Shown here: piece after piece, positions 39,601 through 50,044 of the stretch
Position numbering within the stretch: position 1 is the first letter of the stretch
Layout: every line of letters begins with the position of its first letter
NCBI RefSeq assembly: GCF_036365525.1
Contig: NC_090399.1
Span: forward strand, 53,414,430 to 53,478,429
DNA from: Heterodontus francisci
Lineage: Eukaryota
Length of the DNA: 64,000 bases
Reading direction: 5' to 3'
Notes under the pieces: model-generated
What the model was told of the DNA's origin: nothing
Databases searched by the model: none
The model's input: only the letters and a program-made list of their open reading frames with translations
Position numbers and translations under genes: made by a program

Positions 39601-39814
39601 TGTCTTTGCATTCCTCATAGACCTTCTCAGTCCACTGCCATCTTAGTAATCATGGTCTTGGTACTCAGTTATATTGTTTCAGTTCTACCTACATCTCGGC
39701 CTCTGAAATTCTGCTAATCTGCTAATCTTTCAGTTCTGACACAGAAGTCTGCCTCTTTTTGATCTCTGCTGGATTTCTACTGAATTTTACCCTCTGACCA
39801 TTTGGTTCCTTTTA

Positions 39815-40012
39815 ATAAAAGCAAAATACTGCGGATGCTGGAAATCTGAAACAAAAACAAGAAATGCTGGAATCACTCAGCAGGTCTGGCAGCATCTGTG
39901 GAAAGAGAAGCAGAGTTAACGTTTCGGGTCAGTGACCCGAAACGTTAACTCTGCTTCTCTTTCCACAGATGCTGCCAGACCTGCTGAGTGATTCCAGCAT
40001 TTCTTGTTTTTG
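39815..40012. mobile_element. Palindromic Penelope-terminus insertion (perfect 80-bp arms) with a 15-bp flanking direct repeat
   Basis: 39852-39931 is the exact reverse complement of 39933-40012. TTTGGTTCCTTTTAA occurs at 39801-39815 and 40009-40023. Confidence 0.85.
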
Positions 40013-40408
40013 GTTCCTTTTAAACCTTTCAGGCCAATGAAAGATTTGATCAACGAAGGTCCAAACCACAGTTTCCCATCAGGTCACCTCTCAGTTGCTT
40101 TTACCCAGGATGTATCACAAGTAGGGTTAAAAATAGAGTTCAGTATAAGATTCTCCAGAGCTGCCATATCTCAGTGTGTAACATGTAGTTAAAAAGGATT
40201 CACATTGAAAACTCCTTACTGTCTTCCTTAGAAACAGATAAAGCAGGAAACCCACAGCAACTATTCCACATGAATGCTGGGAAAGGACTTCAAACCAGTG
40301 TCCATGTTTTACAAAATTCTGTTTAAATTACTGGCCCTTTAATGTCTACAGTTACTCTTTTCTCAAATATCATGTAGTTTACATGTTTAGTATTTTCATT
40401 TGTTTCAG

Positions 40409-40740
40409 CACAACTATTTCTGAAGATCGATCCCACTCTCCATCACCCGGAAACCATGGATAATGAAGTGGAACTGGAGTCGACTGAATCCGACCCACAG
40501 ATCAAAACGGAGCCTTTTCAGAGAGGGTCACATGTCAGAACAAGTCCACATGACCCAGTGGACGGTAACAAAACCACAACTGTACAAGAACAGAGTTCAG
40601 TCCAAACAGACACTGCAATTCCTGCAAACAATGTTTCTGATGTAAAACGTAATCCAGACAATGATATTGTAGAATTCTTAACAGACTATGAGGAACGAGA
40701 AACAACACAGAGTTTACTGAGACACTGCGATCCACATTGA
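40409..40740 (+). CDS. Candidate class I cytoplasmic-tail exon (110 aa, acidic, Ser/Thr-rich)
   Basis: Strong acceptor tattttcatttgtttcag|. The phase-1 join is in frame with the 40456-40740 ORF: AQLFLKIDPTLHHPETMDNEVELESTESD..ETTQSLLRHCDPH*. An internal phase-1 donor G|GTAACA is possible at 40564/40565. Confidence 0.6.
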
Positions 40741-42308
40741 AAAAAGCCCTGGACATAATCCATCAACAGATGACCAGCTGGACTCAAGAGTTTGGAGGAC
40801 CGGGCAGTGACTGAAAGGACATGGGAATTGAAATAGATGAGAATGACAAGCTGTGTTCACAAGACAAAGCAAGGCCTGCAAACATTTATAATGAGATTAA
40901 AAGAGAGGCCATTAGCCAATACAAATTGGAAAATATATCTTTTCAGGATTTCAAACGGAGTCATGCAAAACATCGGGAGGGAAACTCATTGACAAAAAAA
41001 CTGGGATTGGAGATTGTGCAGCATGAGGCACCACTGCAAAGATGGGAAATTCTTATCCCAGAAAAACTTCCAAGTGGCTCTGATGCTCCATTTGAAAGAG
41101 ACAGACAGTTCTGATGAATATTACCGATATATAAAACACAGCTTGTCATTTGAAAAAGATTGGCTGAAGGAACAAGTTATACAACACTGTGCAGCCACAC
41201 ATGATAAACAAGTTCCTCTGCTGTGCTCTCTCGCACTGGATATTCTGCAGGGGATTATCAGTCGGGTGAGGGAAGCTCTCAAGGATATAACACCTCCAGA
41301 TAATGAGAATTCAGTGGTCGGTTTTATTCAGGCAGTTAAAGAGAAACTGGGTGATGAGATACAGATTCCAAAGGAGACATTGGGAACTGTTACTTTTCAG
41401 TCTGAAAAGATTAACCCACAGAACTTTAAACAAGAAATTGAAAGGTTTATCAGTACAAAGGATTTGACTAAAAGTGTTGAAGATTGGGGGAAGGATATTG
41501 CTGGGAAAATCACTGCTCTCCCCACCAGTCCATCCAGTGAATTGAACACAATGTTATGTGGCTGTGGGGAGCAGTGTCCTTTCTGTGGAGTCCTGTACAA
41601 ACAGGGGGCACTCACAGCACAGTGCTGAATATCACCAGAGCAGAGGACTGATTGGATACAGAAACATTAATACTGAGAAACTAATATCAGAGAATTGTTC
41701 AATGGATTTCATGAGTGATGTGAGTTTCGGAATAAAGATACCGACTGGAAATCGTTTCTTTTCAAGAGCTCCAGAACTGTCAATAACCAATACTGTCACT
41801 GGAATATTCCCACCAATATTCCCTGGGCAACACAGTGGCGCAGTGGTTAGCACCGCAGCCACACAGCTCCAGCGACCCAGGTTTGTTTCTGGATACTGCT
41901 TGTGTGGAGTTTGCAAGTTCTCACTGTGACCACGTTGGTTTTCTCCCACAGCCAAAGACTTGCAGGCTAATAGGTAAATTGGCCATTGTAAATTCCCCTA
42001 GTGCTTGTAGGTGGTAGGGGAATTGAGAAGGTGTGGTAGGAATATGGGATTAATGTAGGATTAATAGAAATGGGTGGTTGATGGTCGGCATAGAGTCAGT
42101 GGGCCGAAGGGCCTGTTTCAGTGCTGTATCTCTAAATAAATACCAGCATTAAAACATTGTCTTTTAGAAATGGGTTTACAACAATTACGAAATACATTTC
42201 GCTGATAAATACTCGGTGAACCCAATAGACGGCATTGCCGTTTGGAATATACCCTGGAATAAGATTGAAAAAGACATTGAAGATAAATACAGTTGTGTAG
42301 ATTCATGA
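40740..42308 (+). pseudogene. GVIN1: C-terminal fragment of interferon-induced very large GTPase (GVIN1/VLIG, URGCP family), frameshifted and SINE-interrupted
   Basis: LTKKLGLEIV, YYRYIKHSLSFEKDWL, LCGCGEQCPFCG, HSAEYHQSRGLIGYR..KLISENCS, and after the SINE KWVYNNY..FADKY..WNIPW..* (stop 42306-42308). These match the GVIN C-terminal GCxxQCPFC / HSxxxHRPxG / WKW motifs. At least three frameshifts; no P-loop seen. The 5' boundary is uncertain (clear homology from ~40975). Confidence 0.8.
41825..42141 (+). mobile_element. tRNA-derived SINE (HE1/V-SINE-like) with a CR1-type 3' tail
   Basis: A-box TGGCGCAGTGG, central TGTGTGGAGTTTGCAAGTTCTC, tail GGGCCGAAGGGCCTGTTTCAGTGCTGTATCTC(TAAA)n. Confidence 0.85.
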
Positions 42309-42361
42309 TATGAAAGCAGAAAACGCTGGAAATACTCAGCAGGTCTGACTGCCTCTGTGGA

Positions 42362-43372
42362 GAGTTAATATTTCAAGTCAATGGCCCTTCATCACAAAGT
42401 TAATATTTCAGGTCAATGGCCCTGCATCACAAAGTTAATATTTCAGGTCAATGGCCCTGCATCACTGAGTTAACATTTCAGGTCAATGGTCCATCATCAA
42501 TGAGTGAACATTTCAGGTCAATGGCCCTGCATCAATGAGTTAACATTTCAGGTCAATGGTCCATCATCAATGAGTGAACATTTCAGGTCAATGGTCCTTC
42601 ATCAATGAGTTAACATTTCAGGTCAATGGTCCATCATCAATGAGTGAACATTTCAGTTCAATGGTCCTTCATCAATGAGTTAACATTTCAGGTCAATGGT
42701 CCATCATCAATGAGTTAACATTTCAGGTCAATGGTCCATCATCAATGAGTTAACATTTCAGGTCAATGGTCCATCATCAATGAGTTAACATTTCAGGTCA
42801 ATGGTCCATCATCACTGAGTTAACATTTCAGGTCAATGGTCCTTCATCAATGAGTTAACATTTCAGGTCAATGGTCCTTCATCACTGAGTTAACATTTCA
42901 GGTCAATGGTCCATCATCAATGAGTTAACATTTCAGTTCAATGGTCCTTCATCAATGAGTTAACATTTCAGGTCAATGGTCCATCATCAATGAGTTAACA
43001 TTTCAGGTCAATGGTCCATCATCAATGAGTTAACATTTCAGGTCAATGGTCCATCATCACTGAGTTAACATTTCAGGTCAATGGTCCTTCATCAATGAGT
43101 TAACATTTCAGGTCAATGGTCCTTCATCACTGAGTTAACATTTCAGGTCAATGGTCCATCATCAATGAGTTAACATTTCAGGTCAATGGTCCTTCATCAC
43201 TGAGTTAACATTTCAGGTCAATGGTCCATCATCACTGAGTTAACATTTCAGGTCAATGGTCCTTCATCAATGAGTTAACATTTCAGGTCAATGGTCCTTC
43301 ATCACTGAGTTAACATTTCAGGTCAATGGTCCATCATCACTGAGTTAGTATTTCAGGTCAATGGCCCGTCAA
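42362..43372 (-). repeat. 35-bp tandem array (~29 copies) of a degenerate hammerhead-ribozyme core from a Penelope-derived repeat
   Basis: Unit GAGTTAACATTTCAGGTCAATGGTCC(A/T)TCATCA(A/C)T, flanked by oppositely oriented Penelope-terminus repeats at 42315-42362 and 43375-43468. Confidence 0.85.
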
Positions 43373-44029
43373 TAGTTCTGTTTCTCCCTGAGTATGACCT
43401 GCTGAGTATTTCCTACATTTTCTGTTTTTATTTCAGATTTCCAGCATCCACAGTATTTGCTTTTGTATTCGTGAAGATTATTGATTTCACTTAACTTATT
43501 AGTTTTAAAAACGTAACCAGAGAAGCTCCCTCCCTCCCTCCCTCCATCCCTCCTCCTCCCACTCCAAGTATCTGCCTCCAGTGCTCAGTGAACCTGAACG
43601 TCCTCGTCTTCACTCCAAGCTCCTACCTGCTGATGTCCAGACTGGTATTTCTCAGCTTGAAGCATGGGGCAGGCTCCATCAGGATCTCTGTTTAACATCT
43701 ACAGCTCACTTACCAGAACCTCAGAATCACTGAGGCCTCTTCACCATCTGAAGTCACAATCAACTCCATATGGGTGGGAAATTCCTCGGAGTCGCTCCTG
43801 CTGTCTCACTGTCACTCTGCTGGAAATCCTGTCCTTCTGGCTAGCTTGTAGTATGGGATTGGGAGTGGCTCTGAGGAATTTTCCAGCCTATTTAATAGAT
43901 TTGAAGGAGTTTCTCTGACAGTGACCTTTCTACTGAAATGTGCTCCCACTGTTTAGCAGGTGGTGAAAGTTAATTTGCTTCACTGGTTCCCTCGTATAAA
44001 GAGTTAATCAGAAAGAATAAAATGGGAAA

Positions 44030-44175
44030 TAGTGGAAATACTCAGCAGGTCAGGCAGCATCTGTAGAGAGAGAAACAGAGTTAATATCTGATGAAAGGCC
44101 ATTGACCGGAAACATTAACTCTGTTTCTCTCCACCAATACTGCCTGAGCTGTATTTCCAACATTTTCTGTTTCTC
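44030..44175. mobile_element. Inverted pair of Penelope-terminus repeats enclosing a hammerhead-like core
   Basis: GAGAGAAACAGAGTTAAT..CTGATGA(44088-44094)..GAAAC(44109-44113)..ATTAACTCTGTTTCTCTC. Confidence 0.7.
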
Positions 44176-44906
44176 TGTCTGATTGTGGTTGACAGTTTTA
44201 TAACAGGGTAGGAGGTTAACAATTTCCCCAATAAATATATGAAAGTAAAGACAAGTCCTCACCCACTCCTTGAATTTCTATCAGCTTTTCTAATTAATAA
44301 TTTTAACTTTTTGGCTGAATTATTTTCTTCTCGCAAGTAATCTTTCGGTAAAAGTTTAACCTTATATATCGTAACAAATGATTGTACGCTGATCGTAGGG
44401 CAGTTTGGAGTCAAAAGAAGCATGCAATAGCCAGAGAGAACCAGACAGCTCAAACATTTGAGAGGATAATTGGGAAAAAAAGATGTTCCTCAATATCCTA
44501 TCATCATAGAATGATGCAGCACAGAAGGAGGCCATTCAGCCCATTAGACCTGTGCTGGTTCTTTGAAAGAGCTATCTCATTAATTCCACTCCCTGCCCTT
44601 TCCCCCCGGCCCTGTAAATGTTTCACCTTCAAGTGTTATCCAACTCCCTTTTGAAAGTTCTGTATGATGGAGAGGGGAAATAACAGCTCAGACCTCTTAG
44701 ATACAAAGAAATAATGGTGAAAATCCAAAATAAAACAATGTAAATTCAGGCCTGACAGGACCTAAAAATAGAAACAATAGGATTAAATTAGCATTTTTGA
44801 TTCGGGGATCTCAATCTGAAATGTTAAACTGTGTTATCTGTTTTTCATATGCTGACTGGCCTGTGTGCTTGTGTTCTTTTCTATTTATCTCTCTGTCTTA
44901 TTTTAG

Positions 44907-44932
44907 AATTAAATAAGAGTGTCATTGTTTAA
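44907..44932 (+). CDS. Candidate short terminal class I exon (ELNKSVIV*)
   Basis: Branch-like CTGAC near 44852, a long polypyrimidine tract and ttttag|. Phase-1 reading gives ELNKSVIV-stop, followed by ~320 nt AT-rich unique sequence and AATAAA. Confidence 0.5.
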
Positions 44933-45250
44933 TCATTATATATCAATATCAAAAGGAAATCAGTAACTAATTTCAGAAACAAGTCCTAACTGTAACAAGT
45001 TTCTAATACTGTAATACAGAGAGGTTAAACTAGGCTCTTCCTATCGTTATGTTTTATCATTTTATTGTTTCAAATATTTTCTACAAATAATGAAATATCA
45101 GATTATAAATGATGTTGCTTGTGCTCAATTATTAGACAAAATATGTGATTCCTGTTTGTTGAATTTTAAAATTGTAGTGTAAAACAATCCTGTCTAAGAT
45201 TTTATTCTGAAATTCTTACTGCAATAGTTTCGAATTTTAATTTCAAACTA

Positions 45251-45256
45251 AATAAA
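45251..45256 (+). promoter_or_regulatory. Candidate polyadenylation signal of the class I gene
   Basis: AATAAA followed ~20 nt later by GT/T-rich sequence (CAGTGTTTGAATTTGAATTTT). Confidence 0.4.
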
Positions 45257-45827
45257 TGCTTGAATTTTGAAAAACAGTGTTTGAATTTGAATTTTCTATA
45301 AGGTTGCAACAAGTGTTAGAACATATAAGAACATAAGAAATAGATGCAGAAGTAGGTCATTTAGCCCCTCAAGCCTGCCCCACCATTCAATAAGATCATG
45401 GCTGATCAGCCCCAGATCTCAACCCTTCTTTCGTGCCAGCTCCTCATAGCCCTAGTTTCTACATTCCATCAGTCAAGTGTACTTTATCAAGTGATTTTCC
45501 TTGAAACTGTATAAACTTTAATCAGTTATCACCTGCTTGTTGATAAAACAAATGATTTAATCCAGCTCAGTGTCATCATTAATAACAATTAAATACCAGG
45601 AAAAGGCTGTGTAGCAAGTCAGTGACGGGAGGATCAGTGTCTAACCTTCCCGAGTAATATGTAATAGTATTTTAGTATTCAGTGCCTGATATGTTTTCAC
45701 TCTGACCTTCTGCCAAAGATCACTCCATTAGTGACCCCTTGTCCCCAAATTCCTACAAACCAGAGTGTGACTGTAAATGCATAATATCTGGTAATATAAC
45801 CTGATCCAGATACTGAATCAAACCAAA

Positions 45828-46500
45828 TTAATAAAAGCAAAATACTGCGGATCCTGGAAATCTGAAATAAAAACAAGAAATGCTGGAACCACTCAGCAGG
45901 TCTGGCAGCATCTGTGGAAAGAGAAGCAGAGTTAACGTTTCGGGTCAGTGACCCTTCTTTGGAACTAGCAAATATTAGAAATGTCAAAGGTTATAAGCAA
46001 GTGAGCCGGGGGTTGGGCAAGAGATGACAAAGGAGAAGGTGTAGATTGGATAAGGCCACATAGCTGACCAAGAGGTCATGGAGCAAAGGCAAATAATATG
46101 TTAATGCTGTGTTGAAAGACAAAGCATTAGTCCAGATAGGGTGTTAACAAACTGAAGATTGAGCAGCAGCAAGTACAAACATGAAAAAAAACAGTGGGTA
46201 AGCAAACTGAACAAACTACAATGAAATGAAATAAACAAAAGAAAAAAAAATGTAAAAAAGAGAAAAGAAAAAAATTACTAAAAATAAAAGTAAAATGGGG
46301 GGCTGTCATGCTCTGAAATTATTGAACTCAATGTTCAGTCCGGCAGGCTGTAGTGTGCCAAATCGGTAAATGAGATGCTGTTCCTCGAGCTTGCGTTGAT
46401 GTTCACTGGAACACTGCAGCAAGCCCAGGATAGAGATGTGAGCATGAGAGCAGGGGGGAGTGTTGAAATGGCAAGCAACCGGAAGCTCAGGGTCCTGCTT
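45828..46500 (-). mobile_element. Penelope-like element 3' end (endonuclease-domain C-terminus + terminal repeat)
   Basis: LPVACHFN..RKLEEQHLIYRFGTLQPAGLN, then a terminal repeat reading AGTT-CCAAAGA-AGGGTCACTGACCC-GAAAC-GTT-AACT. Confidence 0.85.
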
Positions 46501-46739
46501 ATTCTGATCTTGTATGGTGAGCAGCCCCTGGACTTGGAACATTGGAAGAATATATATATCCTATCGGACAGCAGTTTAGACATTTAAATGTGAAGCAAAT
46601 TCATTAAGAAAGACAACTTACATTACAGATTTTCTTCCAGAAAACACGATTCACAGATTTCCCTTATTTTAAAAAGGAATTTGATTATTACTAAAAGGTG
46701 CTGAATTATTTAATATATATAAAGGGAAGATGAAAGAGG

Positions 46740-48386
46740 ACGGTGTGAAACAGACTGGTAAGCTCGAGGAAGTGCTCGTTAGGAGGGAAGATGTGTTGGG
46801 GTTTTTGAATAACTTGAAGATAGACAAGTCTCCCGGGCCTGACGGGGTATATCCAAGGATGTTATGGGAAGCAAGGGATGAAATTGCAGAGCCGCTGGCA
46901 ATGATCTTTTCATCTTCTCTGTTGACGGGGGTGGTACCAGGTGATTGGAGGGTGGCAAATGTTGTGCCCCTGTTCAAGAAAGGGAATAGGAACAACCCTG
47001 GGAATTACAGGCCAGTTAGTCTTACTTCGGTGGTAGGCAAGTTGATGGAAAAGGTGCTGAGGGATAGGATTTCTGAGCATCTGGAAAGACACTGCTTGAT
47101 TCGGGACAGTCAGCACGGTTTTGTGAGGGGTAGGTCTTGCCTCACAAGCCTGATTGAATTCTTTGAGCAGGTGACCAAGCAAGTGGATGAGGGTAAACCA
47201 GTGGATGTGGTGTACATGGATTTTAGTAAGGCATTTGATAAGGTCCCCCATGGTAGACTTATGGAGAAAGTCAGGAGGCATGGGATAGTGGGGAATGTGG
47301 CCAGTTGGATTAAGAATTGGCTAACTGATAGAAGGCAGAGAGTGGTCTTAGATGGTAAATACTCAGCCTGGAGCCCAGTTACCAGTGGCGTGCCACAGGG
47401 ATCAGTTCTGGGTCCTCTCCTGTTTGTGATTTTTATTAACGACTTGGATGAGGAAGTCGAAGGGTGGGTCAGTAAATTTGCAGATGATACAAAGGTTGGT
47501 GGAGTTGTGGATACCGAGGAGGGCTATTGTCGTCTGCAAAGGGACTTGGATAGGTTGCAGTGCTGGGCTGAAAAGTGGCAGATGGAGTTTAACCCTGAAA
47601 AGTGTGAGGTCGTCCATTTTGGAAGGACAAACACGAATGCAAAATACTGGGTTAACGGTAGGGTTCTTGGGCATGTGGAGGAGCAGAGAGACCTTGGGGT
47701 CTATGTGCATAGATCGTTGAAAGTTGCAACTCAAGTGGATAGGGCTGTGAAGAAGGCATATGGGGTGTTAGCGTTCATTAGCAGAGGGATTGAATTTAAG
47801 AGCCGTGAGGTGATGATGCAGCTGTACAGGACCTTGGTAAGGCCTCATTTGGAGTACTGTGTGCAGTTCTGGTCGCCTCATTTTAGGAAGGATGTGGAAG
47901 CCTTGGAGAGGGTGCAGAGGAGATTTACCAGGATGTTGCCTGGAATGGAGAATAAGTCTTACGAGGAAAGGCTGAACATTCTAGGCCTCTTCTCATTAGA
48001 ACGGAGAAGGATGAGGGGTGACATGATAGAGGTTTATAAGATGATCAGGGGAATAGATAGGGTAGACAGTCAGAAACTTTTTCCCCGGGTGGAGCAAAGC
48101 GTTACAAGGGGTCATAAATTTAAGGTGAAGGGTGGGAGATATAAGGGGGATGTCAGGGGAAGGTTCTTTACCCAGAGAGTGGTCGGGGCATGGAATGCCT
48201 TGCCTGGGGAAGTTGTTGAGTCAGAAACTTTAGGGACTTTCAAACGGCTTTTAGATAGGTATATGGATAAAGGAGAATGATGGGGTATAGATTAAATTGT
48301 CCTTGACAGAGGACAAAGGATCGGCACAACATCGTGGGCCGAAGGGCCTGTTCTGTGCTGTATTTTTCTATGTTCTATGTTCTATG
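46740..48386 (+). mobile_element. Young 5'-truncated CR1 LINE with an uninterrupted RT ORF
   Basis: 516-aa ORF with [30 protein letters not shown] and KFADDTK; (TTCTATG)n tail. Confidence 0.96.
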
Positions 48387-50044
48387 AAAGATGTTAATCG
48401 TACAGGACAGTGAAAAGTCACCATCTGGTGGCAGAGAGGGGCTGTAATCACTTTCCATTGCACTGTGATATAATGAGACTGGAATGTGGGGGATCCAACA
48501 CTCAGGGGCATCAATATAAGAAAGGACAGCAAATTACAAAATCTCTAAAAGCCCAATTTTCTCTAATTTAGATGGGGAGATCCACGATTACAAATCCATT
48601 TGAAAAAGGGTCCTTCAGCCAAAGAAACTTTGAAAAGCACAACTCGATCAACCCTGATCTTTGAAAAGTGGTGGAATTTTATCCTCTCAGATGGTGGTTT
48701 GAACTCCAAACTGTGAAGCAAATTTAACAAGAACAACAACAATTTGCATTTCATAGAACCTTTAATGTGGAAATACTCCCAAGGTGTTTCACCAATGGTA
48801 ATGAACGATAAACGACATGGAACAAAGGAGATACTAGGAGACATGACCGAAAGCTTGTTTAAAGAGGTGAGTTTTCGGGATAATGGGTTAGTCTACAGAC
48901 CACCTAATAGTGGAAGGGAGGTGGCATAAGAAATGTGCAAACAATTTAGGGAAATGAGTAAGAACAGAATAATAATCATGGGGATTTCAACTAGTCTGAT
49001 ATTAGTTGGTCAGAAGAGGTAGGTGAAGGTGAGAAGGGAATGGAGTTCCTAAAATGAATCCTTTATTATCCAGCATGTAAGAAGCCCAAAAACAGAGGAT
49101 TATCCATGGGATCAAGTAATAGGGAATGAACCAGAGCAGATAAGAGAAGTGAAAGTCGAGGAACATCTGGGCAATAGTGACCATAATATATTACAGTTTA
49201 AGCTAACAATTGATCAGCACTTAAGCTGGAGAAAAACTCCTGTTTTCATAATTCTTTCATGGGATGTGGGCATCACTGGCAAGGCCAGCATTTGTTGCTT
49301 ATCTCTAATTGTCCTTGACAACTGACTGGCTTGCTGAGCCATTTTAGAGGGCAGGTAAGAATCAACCACATTGCTATGGGTCTGCAGTGACATGTAGGTA
49401 AGGAGGGCCGATTCCCTTCTCCAAAGGCCATTAGTGAACCAGATGTTTTTTTTTAATAACAATTGAGGTCATTATTGAGACTAGCTTTCAATTCCAGATT
49501 TTTATTAATTAATTGAATTGAATTCCCCCAGCTGTTGTGGTGGGATTTGAACCCATGTTCCCAGGGTATTAGATTAGCCCTCTGGATTACTAGTTCAGTG
49601 ACATTGCCACTATGCCACCAAATCCCACTCTCCCTTTTTAAGGGCTGAGAATAGAACTTTGGAAAATAAAATGGACAGCAACATTGGCCGGACAATCAAT
49701 GTCTCATACAGTGGCTGCTGTACCTCCAGTATTCTCTTTTCAATGTTTGTGTCTTGGGATTCTGTATCTCGGTCCCGTTGAGCAGAGATTGGAGAGGGTG
49801 GCACACTCCAGCACATACTCTTCCCAGCTGTCCCAGTTACCGCTGTCTGCTCCTGCTCACTTGCACTGTAAGAGTCACCAGGTGCCATTCCATCTATCCA
49901 AGTAGGAGGTTTAACTGAGATGCTGATAGCTGCGCTGGTGCCTGCAACATGTATATCACAGAAGGCGTGTGTCATCAGAAGGTATCAGTCCCTGCGAAGA
50001 GTCTTCTTCCTGTCTGGGCAGTGACTCATGCCTGTTTGTATGAT

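Noticed and set aside
40232-40279. Possible 48-nt cytoplasmic exon (ETDKAGNPQQLFHMNA) after a pyrimidine-rich acceptor
   Set aside because: No canonical GT donor at the expected phase-1 position (GGAAAG). It could be a dead exon but cannot be supported.
41014-41628. Stand-alone functional GVIN1 gene
   Set aside because: Only the C-terminal region is present, with several frameshifts, a SINE insertion and no GTPase motifs.
42362-43372. CRISPR-like appearance of the 35-bp repeats
   Set aside because: There are no unique spacers and no cas genes, and the context is vertebrate.
46730-48280. 516-aa intact reverse transcriptase ORF as a possible domesticated gene
   Set aside because: It is an ordinary 5'-truncated young CR1 with its 3' tail; the Met comes from flanking DNA.
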